A stretch of 64,000 nt of DNA. Origin: Auanema rhodensis (lineage: Eukaryota; Animalia; Nematoda). The notes under the pieces are model-generated. The model was not told the DNA's origin, did no database searches, and saw only the letters and a program-made list of their open reading frames with translations. Below, in pieces: positions 1 to 11,600 of this stretch (position 1 is its first letter; each line of letters begins with the position of its first letter). Position numbers and translations under genes: made by a program. Where the stretch lies: NCBI GenBank assembly GCA_964057225.1, contig OZ059900.1, positions 7,812,001 to 7,876,000 of the forward strand, read 5' to 3'.

Positions 1-348
1 TGTATGAAATACTGTCAAAGAATGTTCATATAGGTGTATTTTGCACGAATATCAAAACTGATTGAAATATGGGCCTTTTTATGCTCAAAACGCCATATAT
101 TCAACGATTTTGGGTACAAAACATGTGAAAACTGTATGTTTTGATCAGACCCTTTGAGATATGGATTTGAAATTCAGGATTCATAAACTTTGACTATTTT
201 TACATATATATGTCCAATTTTAACCACTTTGGTCAAAAAGGACCGAAAATATCAAGAATTATTGGTTTTTTGGGGATTGAAGGGCATTTTGGCAAAATCA
301 GTCAAACTTTTGATCTTAAGCATATTTTTTTCTTCTAAAACGACTAAA
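1..348. repeat. Reference monomer (arbitrary phase) used for the monomer positions quoted in this report
   Basis: First full period. Common biallelic sites at monomer positions 18 A/T, 47 G/A, 84 C/T, 169 G/A, 188 C/A, 191 T/C, 200 T/C, 214 C/T, 235 A/G, 276 T/A and 294 A/T. Confidence 0.97.
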
Positions 349-3300
349 TGTATGAAATACTGTCATAGAATGTTCATATAGGTGTATTTTGCACAAATAT
401 CAAAACTGATTGAAATATGGGCCTTTTTATGCTCAAAACGCCATATATTCAACGATTTTGGGTACAAAACATGTGAAAACTGTATGTTTTGATCAGACCC
501 TTTGAGATATGGATTTGAAATTCAGGATTCATAAACTTTGACTATTTTTACATATATATGTCCAATTTTAACCACTTTGGTCAAAAAGGACCGAAAATAT
601 CAAGAATTATTGGTTTTTTGGGGTTTGAAGGGCATTTTGGCAAAATCAGTCAAACTTTTGATCTTAAGCATATTTTTTTCTTCTAAAACGACTAAATGTA
701 TGAAATACTGTCAAAGAATGTTCATATAGGTGTATTTTGCACGAATATCAAAACTGATTGAAATATGGGCCTTTTTATGTTCAAAACGCCATATATTCAA
801 CGATTTTGGGTACAAAACATGTGAAAACTGTATGTTTTGATCAGACCCTTTGAGATATGGATTTGGAATTCAGGATTCATAAACTTTGACTATTTTTACA
901 TATATATGTTCAATTTTAACCACTTTGGTCAAAAAGGACCGAAAATATCAAGAATTATTGGTTTTTTGGGGTTTGAAGGGCATTTTGGCTAAATCAGTCA
1001 AACTTTTGATCTTAAGCATATTTTTTTCTTCTAAAACGACTAAATGTATGAAATACTGTCAAAGAATGTTCATATAGGTGTATTTTGCACGAATATCAAA
1101 ACTGATTGAAATATGGGCCTTTTTATGCTCAAAACGCCATATATTCAACGATTTTGGGTACAAAACATGTGAAAACTGTATGTTTTGATCAGACCCTTTG
1201 AGATATGGATTTGGAATTCAGGATTCATAAACTTTGACTATTTTTACATATATATGTTCAATTTTAACCACTTTGGTCAAAAAGGACCGAAAATATCAAG
1301 AATTATTGGTTTTTTGGGGTTTGAAGGGCATTTTGGCTAAATCAGTCAAACTTTTGATCTTAAGCATATTTTTTTCTTCTAAAACGACTAAATGTATGAA
1401 ATACTGTCATAGAATGTTCATATAGGTGTGTTTTGCACGAATATCAAAACTGATTGAAATATGGGCCTTTTTATGTTCAAAACGCCATATATTCAACGAT
1501 TTTGGGTACAAAACATGTGAAAACTGTATGTTTTGATCAGACCCTTTGAGATATGGATTTGGAATTCAGGATTCATAAACTTTGACTATTTTTACATATA
1601 TATGTTCAATTTTAACCACTTTGGTCAAAAAGGACCGAAAATATCAAGAATTATTGGTTTTTTGGGGTTTGAAGGGCATTTTGGCTAAATCAGTCAAACT
1701 TTTGATCTTAAGCATATTTTTTTCTTCTAAAACGACTAAATGTATGAAATACTGTCAAAGAATGTTCATATAGGTGTATTTTGCACGAATATCAAAACTG
1801 ATTGAAATATGGGCCTTTTTATGCTCAAAACGCCATATATTCAACGATTTTGGGTACAAAACATGTGAAAACTGTATGTTTTGATCAGACCCTTTGAGAT
1901 ATGGATTTGAAATTCAGGATTCATAAACTTTGACTATTTTTACATATATATGTCCAATTTTAACCACTTTGGTCAAAAAGGACCGAAAATATCAAGAATT
2001 ATTGGTTTTTTGGGGTTTGAAGGGCATTTTGGCTAAATCAGTCAAACTTTTGATCTTAAGCATATTTTTTTCTTCTAAAACGACTAAATGTATGAAATAC
2101 TGTCATAGAATGTTCATATAGGTGTATTTTGCACGAATATCAAAACTGATTGAAATATGGGCCTTTTTATGCTCAAAACGCCATATATTCAACGATTTTG
2201 GGTACAAAACATGTGAAAACGGTATGTTTTGATCAGACCCTTTGAGATATGGATTTGAAATTCAGGATTCATAAACTTCGACTATTTCTACATATATATG
2301 TCCAATTTTAACCACTTTGGTCAAAAAGGACCGAAAATATCAAGAATTATTGGTTTTTTGGGGTTTGAAGGGCATTTTGGCAAAATCAGTCAAACTTTTG
2401 ATCTTAAGCATATTTTTTTCTTCTAAAACGACTAAATGTATGAAATACTGTCAAAGAATGTTCATATAGGTGTATTTTGCACGAATATCAAAACTGATTG
2501 AAATATGGGCCTTTTTATGTTCAAAACGCCATATATTCAACGATTTTGGGTACAAAACATGTGAAAACTGTATGTTTTGATCAGACCCTTTGAGATATGG
2601 ATTTGAAATTCAGGATTCATAAACTTTGACTATTTTTACATATATATGTCCAATTTTAACCACTTTGGTCAAAAAGGACCGAAAATATCAAGAATTATTG
2701 GTTTTTTGGGGTTTGAAGGGCATTTTGGCTAAATCAGTCAAACTTTTGATCTTAAGCATATTTTTTTCTTCTAAAACGACTAAATGTATGAAATACTGTC
2801 AAAGAATGTTCATATAGGTGTATTTTGCACGAATATCAAAACTGATTGAAATATGGGCCTTTTTATGCTCAAAACGCCATATATTCAACGATTTTGGGTA
2901 CAAAACATGTGAAAACTGTATGTTTTGATCAGACCCTTTGAGATATGGATTTAAAATTCAGGATTCATAAAATTCGACTATTTTTACATATATATGTCCA
3001 ATTTTAACCACTTTGGTCAAAAAGGACCGAAAATATCAAGAATTATTGGTTTTTTGGGGTTTGAAGGGCATTTTGGCAAAATCAGTCAAACTTTTGATCT
3101 TAAGCATATTTTTTTCTTCTAAAACGACTAAATGTATGAAATACTGTCAAAGAATGTTCATATAGGTGTATTTTGCACGAATATCAAAACTGATTGAAAT
3201 ATGGGCCTTTTTATGTTCAAAACGCCATATATTCAACGATTTTGGGTACAAAACATGTGAAAACTTTATGTTTTGATCAGACCCTTTGAGATATGGATTT

Positions 3301-4724
3301 GAAATTCAGGATTCATAAACTTTGACTATTTTTACATATATATGTCCAATTTTAACCACTTTGGTCAAAAAGGACCGAAAATATCAAGAATTATTGGTTT
3401 TTTGGGGATTGAAGGGCATTTTGGCAAAATCAGTCAAACTTTTGATCTTAAGCATATTTTTTTCTTCTAAAACGACTAAATGTATGAAATACTGTCATAG
3501 AATGTTCATATAGGTGTATTTTGCACAAATATCAAAACTGATTGAAATATGGGCCTTTTTATGCTCAAAACGCCATATATTCAACGATTTTGGGTACAAA
3601 ACATGTGAAAACTGTATGTTTTGATCAGACCCTTTGAGATATGGATTTGAAATTCAGGATTCATAAACTTTGACTATTTTTACATATATATGTCCAATTT
3701 TAACCACTTTGGTCAAAAAGGACCGAAAATATCAAGAATTATTGGTTTTTTGGGGTTTGAAGGGCATTTTGGCTAAATCAGTCAAACTTTTGATCTTAAG
3801 CATATTTTTTTCTTCTAAAACGACTAAATGTATGAAATACTGTCATAGAATGTTCATATAGGTGTATTTTGCACAAATATCAAAACTGATTGAAATATGG
3901 GCCTTTTTATGCTCAAAACGCCATATATTCAACGATTTTGGGTACAAAACATGTGAAAACTGTATGTTTTGATCAGACCCTTTGAGATATGGATTTGAAA
4001 TTCAGGATTCATAAACTTTGACTATTTTTACATATATATGTCCAATTTTAACCACTTTGGTCAAAAAGGACCGAAAATATCAAGAATTATTGGTTTTTTG
4101 GGGTTTGAAGGGCATTTTGGCTAAATCAGTCAAACTTTTGATCTTAAGCATATTTTTTTCTTCTAAAACGACTAAATGTATGAAATACTGTCAAAGAATG
4201 TTCATATAGGTGTATTTTGCACGAATATCAAAACTGATTGAAATATGGGCCTTTTTATGCTCAAAACGCCATATATTCAACGATTTTGGGTACAAAACAT
4301 GTGAAAACTGTATGTTTTGATCAGACCCTTTGAGATATGGATTTAAAATTCAGGATTCATAAAATTCGACTATTTTTACATATATATGTCCAATTTTAAC
4401 CACTTTGGTCAAAAAGGACCGAAAATATCAAGAATTATTGGTTTTTTGGGGTTTGAAGGGCATTTTGGCAAAATCAGTCAAACTTTTGATCTTAAGCATA
4501 TTTTTTTCTTCTAAAACGACTAAATGTATGAAATACTGTCAAAGAATGTTCATATAGGTGTATTTTGCACGAATATCAAAACTGATTGAAATATGGGCCT
4601 TTTTATGTTCAAAACGCCATATATTCAACGATTTTGGGTACAAAACATGTGAAAACTGTATGTTTTGATCAGACCCTTTGAGATATGGATTTGAAATTCA
4701 GGATTCATAAACTTCGACTATTTT

Positions 4725-4750
4725 TACATATATCCTGAATTTGTATTTTG
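4725..4750. other. Truncated-monomer junction: 173-bp deletion plus 8-nt insertion (net -165 bp)
   Basis: Reads tacatatat|cctgaatt|tgtattttg, so monomer position 209 is joined to position 35 of the next unit through cctgaatt. ORF spacing 4018 to 5593 = 4 x 348 + 183 confirms the net -165. Confidence 0.95.
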
Positions 4751-7464
4751 CACGAATATCAAAACTGATTGAAATATGGGCCTTTTTATGTTCAAAACGC
4801 CATATATTCAACGATTTTGGGTACAAAACATGTGAAAACTGTATGTTTTGATCAGACCCTTTGAGATATGGATTTGAAATTCAGGATTCATAAACTTCGA
4901 CTATTTTTACATATATATGTCCAATTTTAACCACTTTGGTCGAAAAGGACCGAAAATATCAAGAATTATTGGTTTTTTGGGGATTGAAGGGCATTTTGGC
5001 AAAATCAGTCAAACTTTTGATCTTAAGCATATTTTTTTCTTCTAAAACGACTAAATGTATGAAATACTGTCATAGAATGTTCATATAGGTGTATTTTGCA
5101 CGAATATCAAAACTGATTGAAATATGGGCCTTTTTATGTTCAAAACGCCATATATTCAACGATTTTGGGTACAAAACATGTGAAAACTGTATGTTTTGAT
5201 CAGACCCTTTGAGATATGGATTTGGAATTCAGGATTCATAAACTTTGACTATTTTTACATATATATGTTCAATTTTAACCACTTAGGTCAAAAAGGACCG
5301 AAAATATCAAGAATTATTGGTTTTTTGGGGTTTGAAGGGCATTTTGGCTAAATCAGTCAAACTTTTGATCTTAAGCATATTTTTTTCTTCTAAAACGACT
5401 AAATGTATGAAATACTGTCATAGAATGTTCATATAGGTGTATTTTGCACGAATATCAAAACTGATTGAAATATGGGCCTTTTTATGTTCAAAACGCCATA
5501 TATTCAACGATTTTGGGTACAAAACATGTGAAAACTGTATGTTTTGATCAGACCCTTTGAGATATGGATTTGAAATTCAGGATTCATAAACTTTGACTAT
5601 TTTTACATATATATGTCCAATTTTAACCACTTTGGTCAAAAAGGACCGAAAATATCAAGAATTATTGGTTTTTTGGGGATTGAAGGGCATTTTGGCAAAA
5701 TCAGTCAAACTTTTGATCTTAAGCATATTTTTTTCTTCTAAAACGACTAAATGTATGAAATACTGTCATAGAATGTTCATATAGGTGTATTTTGCACAAA
5801 TATCAAAACTGATTGAAATATGGGCCTTTTTATGCTCAAAACGCCATATATTCAACGATTTTGGGTACAAAACATGTGAAAACGGTATGTTTTGATCAGA
5901 CCCTTTGAGATATGGATTTGAAATTCAGGATTCATAAACTTCGACTATTTCTACATATATATGTCCAATTTTAACCACTTTGGTCAAAAAGGACCGAAAA
6001 TATCAAGAATTATTGGTTTTTTGGGGTTTGAAGGGCATTTTGGCAAAATCAGTCAAACTTTTGATCTTAAGCATATTTTTTTCTTCTAAAACGACTAAAT
6101 GTATGAAATACTGTCAAAGAATGTTCATATAGGTGTATTTTGCACGAATATCAAAACTGATTGAAATATGGGCCTTTTTATGCTCAAAACGCCATATATT
6201 CAACGATTTTGGGTACAAAACATGTGAAAACTGTATGTTTTGATCAGACCCTTTGAGATATGGATTTAAAATTCAGGATTCATAAAATTCGACTATTTTT
6301 ACATATATATGTCCAATTTTAACCACTTTGGTCAAAAAGGACCGAAAATATCAAGAATTATTGGTTTTTTGGGGTTTGAAGGGCATTTTGGCAAAATCAG
6401 TCAAACTTTTGATCTTAAGAATATTTTTTTCTTCTAAAACGACTAAATGTATGAAATACTGTCATAGAATGTTCATATAGGTGTATTTTGCACGAATATC
6501 AAAACTGATTGAAATATGGGCCTTTTTATGCTCAAAACGCCATATATTCAACGATTTTGGGTACAAAACATGTGAAAACTGTATGTTTTGATCAGACCCT
6601 TTGAGATATGGATTTGAAATTCAGGATTCATAAACTTCGACTATTTCTACATATATATGTCCAATTTTAACCACTTTGGTCAAAAAGGACCGAAAATATC
6701 AAGAATTATTGGTTTTTTGGGGTTTGAAGGGCATTTTGGCAAAATCAGTCAAACTTTTGATCTTAAGCATATTTTTTTCTTCTAAAACGACTAAATGTAT
6801 GAAATACTGTCATAGAATGTTCATATAGGTGTATTTTGCACGAATATCAAAACTGATTGAAATATGGGCCTTTTTATGCTCAAAACGCCATATATTCAAC
6901 GATTTTGGGTACAAAACATGTGAAAACTGTATGTTTTGATCAGACCCTTTGAGATATGGATTTAAAATTCAGGATTCATAAAATTCGACTATTTTTACAT
7001 ATATATGTCCAATTTTAACCACTTTGGTCAAAAAGGACCGAAAATATCAAGAATTATTGGTTTTTTGGGGTTTGAAGGGCATTTTGGCAAAATCAGTCAA
7101 ACTTTTGATCTTAAGCATATTTTTTTCTTCTAAAACGACTAAATGTATGAAATACTGTCAAAGAATGTTCATATAGGTGTATTTTGCACGAATATCAAAA
7201 CTGATTGAAATATGGGCCTTTTTATGTTCAAAACGCCATATATTCAACGATTTTGGGTACAAAACATGTGAAAACTGTATGTTTTGATCAGACCCTTTGA
7301 GATATGGATTTGAAATTCAGGATTCATAAACTTCGACTATTTTTACATATATATGTCCAATTTTAACCACTTTGGTCGAAAAGGACCGAAAATATCAAGA
7401 ATTATTGGTTTTTTGGGGATTGAAGGGCATTTTGGCAAAATCAGTCAAACTTTTGATCTTAAGC

Positions 7465-7480
7465 ATATATTATTCTCTTC
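7465..7480. other. Complex micro-indel replacing the T7 tract with tattattct (net +2 bp)
   Basis: aagcata-tattattct-cttctaaaa versus consensus aagcata-ttttttt-cttctaaaa. Spacing 5593 to 9422 = 11 x 348 + 1, which equals +2 here and -1 near 8870. Confidence 0.9.
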
Positions 7481-8629
7481 TAAAACGACTAAATGTATGA
7501 AATACTGTCATAGAATGTTCATATAGGTGTATTTTGCACAAATATCAAAACTGATTGAAATATGGGCCTTTTTATGCTCAAAACGCCATATATTCAACGA
7601 TTTTGGGTACAAAACATGTGAAAACGGTATGTTTTGATCAGACCCTTTGAGATATGGATTTGAAATTCAGGATTCATAAACTTCGACTATTTTTACATAT
7701 ATATGTCCAATTTTAACCACTTTGGTCGAAAAGGACCGAAAATATCAAGAATTATTGGTTTTTTGGGGATTGAAGGGCATTTTGGCAAAATCAGTCAAAC
7801 TTTTGATCTTAAGCATATTTTTTTCTTCTAAAACGACTAAATGTATGAAATACTGTCATAGAATGTTCATATAGGTGTATTTTGCACAAATATCAAAACT
7901 GATTGAAATATGGGCCTTTTTATGCTCAAAACGCCATATATTCAACGATTTTGGGTACAAAACATGTGAAAACGGTATGTTTTGATCAGACCCTTTGAGA
8001 TATGGATTTGAAATTCAGGATTCATAAACTTCGACTATTTCTACATATATATGTCCAATTTTAACCACTTTGGTCAAAAAGGACCGAAAATATCAAGAAT
8101 TATTGGTTTTTTGGGGTTTGAAGGGCATTTTGGCAAAATCAGTCAAACTTTTGATCTTAAGCATATTTTTTTCTTCTAAAACGACTAAATGTATGAAATA
8201 CTGTCAAAAAATGTTCATATAGGTGTATTTTGCACGAATATCAAAACTGATTGAAATATGGGCCTTTTTATGCTCAAAACGCCATATATTCAACGATTTT
8301 GGGTACAAAACATGTGAAAACTGTATGTTTTGATCAGACCCTTTGAGATATGGATTTAAAATTCAGGATTCATAAAATTCGACTATTTTTACATATATAT
8401 GTCCAATTTTAACCACTTTGGTCAAAAAGGACCGAAAATATCAAGAATTATTGGTTTTTTGGGGTTTGAAGGGCATTTTGGCAAAATCAGTCAAACTTTT
8501 GATCTTAAGCATATTTTTTTCTTCTAAAACGACTAAATGTATGAAATACTGTCATAGAATGTTCATATAGGTGTATTTTGCACGAATATCAAAACTGATT
8601 GAAATATGGGCCTTTTTATGCTCAAAACG

Positions 8630-11600
8630 CCATATATTCAACGATTTTGGGTACAAAACATGTGAAAACTGTATGTTTTGATCAGACCCTTTGAGATATG
8701 GATTTGAAATTCAGGATTCATAAACTTCGACTATTTCTACATATATATGTCCAATTTTAACCACTTTGGTCAAAAAGGACCGAAAATATCAAGAATTATT
8801 GGTTTTTTGGGGTTTGAAGGGCATTTTGGCAAAATCAGTCAAACTTTTGATCTTAAGCATATTTTTTTTTCTAAAACGACTAAATGTATGAAATACTGTC
8901 AAAGAATGTTCATATAGGTGTATTTTGCACGAATATCAAAACTGATTGAAATATGGGCCTTTTTATGTTCAAAACGCCATATATTCAACGATTTTGGGTA
9001 CAAAACATGTGAAAACTGTATGTTTTGATCAGACCCTTTGAGATATGGATTTGAAATTCAGGATTCATGAACTTCGACTATTTTTACATATATATGTCCA
9101 ATTTTAACCACTTTGGTCGAAAAGGACCGAAAATATCAAGAATTATTGGTTTTTTGGGGATTGAAGGGCATTTTGGCAAAATCAGTCAAACTTTTGATCT
9201 TAAGCATATTTTTTTCTTCTAAAACGACTAAATGTATGAAATACTGTCATAGAATGTTCATATAGGTGTATTTTGCACAAATATCAAAACTGATTGAAAT
9301 ATGGGCCTTTTTATGCTCAAAACGCCATATATTCAACGATTTTGGGTACAAAACATGTGAAAACTGTATGTTTTGATCAGACCCTTTGAGATATGGATTT
9401 GAAATTCAGGATTCATAAACTTTGACTATTTTTACATATATATGTCCAATTTTAACCACTTTGGTCGAAAAGGACCGAAAATATCAAGAATTATTGGTTT
9501 TTTGGGGATTGAAGGGCATTTTGGCAAAATCAGTCAAACTTTTGATCTTAAGCATATTTTTTTCTTCTAAAACGACTAAATGTATGAAATACTGTCATAG
9601 AATGTTCATATAGGTGTATTTTGCACGAATATCAAAACTGATTGAAATATGGGCCTTTTTATGTTCAAAACGCCATATATTCAACGATTTTGGGTACAAA
9701 ACATGTGAAAACTGTATGTTTTGATCAGACCCTTTGAGATATGGATTTCGAATTCAGGATTCATAAACTTTGACTATTTTTACATATATATGTTCAATTT
9801 TAACCACTTTGGTCAAAAAGGACCGAATATATCAAGAATTATTGGTTTTTTGGGGTTTGAAGGGCATTTTGGCTAAATCAGTCAAACTTTTGATCTTAAG
9901 CATATTTTTTTTTCTAAAACGACTAAATGTATGAAATACTGTCAAAGAATGTTCATATAGGTGTATTTTGCACGAATATCAAAACTGATTGAAATATGGG
10001 CCTTTTTATGTTCAAAACGCCATATATTCAACGATTTTGGGTACAAAACATGTGAAAACTGTATGTTTTGATCAGACCCTTTGAGATATGGATTTGAAAT
10101 TCAGGATTCATAAACTTTGACTATTTTTACATATATATGTCCAATTTTAACCACTTTGGTCAAAAAGGACCGAAAATATCAAGAATTATTGGTTTTTTGG
10201 GGATTGAAGGGCATTTTGGCAAAATCAGTCAAACTTTTGATCTTAAGCATATTTTTTTCTTCTAAAACGACTAAATGTATGAAATACTGTCATAGAATGT
10301 TCATATAGGTGTATTTTGCACGAATATCAAAACTGATTGAAATATGGGCCTTTTTATGCTCAAAACGCCATATATTCAACGATTTTGGGTACAAAACATG
10401 TGAAAACTGTATGTTTTGATCAGACCCTTTGAGATATGGATTTGAAATTCAGGATTCATAAACTTTGACTATTTTTACATATATATGTTCAATTTTAACC
10501 ACTTTGGTCAAGAAGGACCGAAAATATCAAGAATTATTGGTTTTTTGGGGTTTGAAGGGCATTTTGGCAAAATCAGTCAAACTTTTGATCTTAAGCATAT
10601 TTTTTTCTTCTAAAACGACTAAATGTATGAAATACTGTCATAGAATGTTCATATAGGTGTATTTTGCACGAATATCAAAACTGATTGAAATATGGGCCTT
10701 TTTATGCTCAAAACGCCATATATTCAACGATTTTGGGTACAAAACATGTGAAAACTGTATGTTTTGATCAGACCCTTTGAGATATGGATTTGAAATTCAG
10801 GATTCATAAACTTTGACTATTTCTACATATATATGTCCAATTTTAACCACTTTGGTCAAAAAGGACCGAAAGTATCAAGAATTATTGGTTTTTTGGGGTT
10901 TGAAGGGCATTTTGGCAAAATCAGTCAAACTTTTGATCTTAAGCATATTTTTTTCTTCTAAAACGACTAAATGTATGAAATACTGTCAAAGAATGTTCAT
11001 ATAGGTATATTTTGCACGAATATCAAAACTGATTGAAATATGGGCCTTTTTATGCTCAAAACGCCATATATTCAACGATTTTGGGTACAAAACATGTGAA
11101 AACTGTATGTTTTGATCAGACCCTTTGAGATATGGATTTGAAATTCAGGATTCATAAACTTTGACTATTTTTACATATATATGTCCAATTTTAACCACTT
11201 TGGTCGAAAAGGACCGAAAATATCAAGAATTATTGGTTTTTTGGGGATTGAAGGGCATTTTGGCAAAATCAGTGAAACTTTTGATCTTAAGCATATTTTT
11301 TTTTTCTAAAACGACTAAATGTATGAAATACTGTCATAGAATGTTCATATAGGTGTATTTTGCACGAATATCAAAACTGATTGAAATATGGGCCTTTTTA
11401 TGTTCAAAACGCCATATATTCAACGATTTTGGGTACAAAACATGTGAAAACTGTATGTTTTGATCAGACCCTTTGAGATATGGATTTGAAATTCAGGATT
11501 CATAAACTTTGACTATTTTTACATATATATGTCCAATTTTAACCACTTTGGTCAAAAAGGACCGAAAATATCAAGAATTATTGGTTTTTTGGGGATTGAA

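Noticed and set aside
1-348. Tandem RNA gene cluster (5S rRNA, tRNA, snRNA, spliced leader)
   Set aside because: No recognisable 5S, tRNA cloverleaf, Pol III A/B box or spliced-leader sequence, and GC is uniformly low. An Rfam cmscan would be the formal test.
1-348. Assignment to a known satellite (e.g. Drosophila 359-bp 1.688 family, alpha satellite with CENP-B box) or a Helitron/MITE-derived repeat
   Set aside because: Similar length class and AT richness only. I see no convincing sequence match, no canonical CENP-B box, and no terminal repeats or target-site duplications. A database search is needed.
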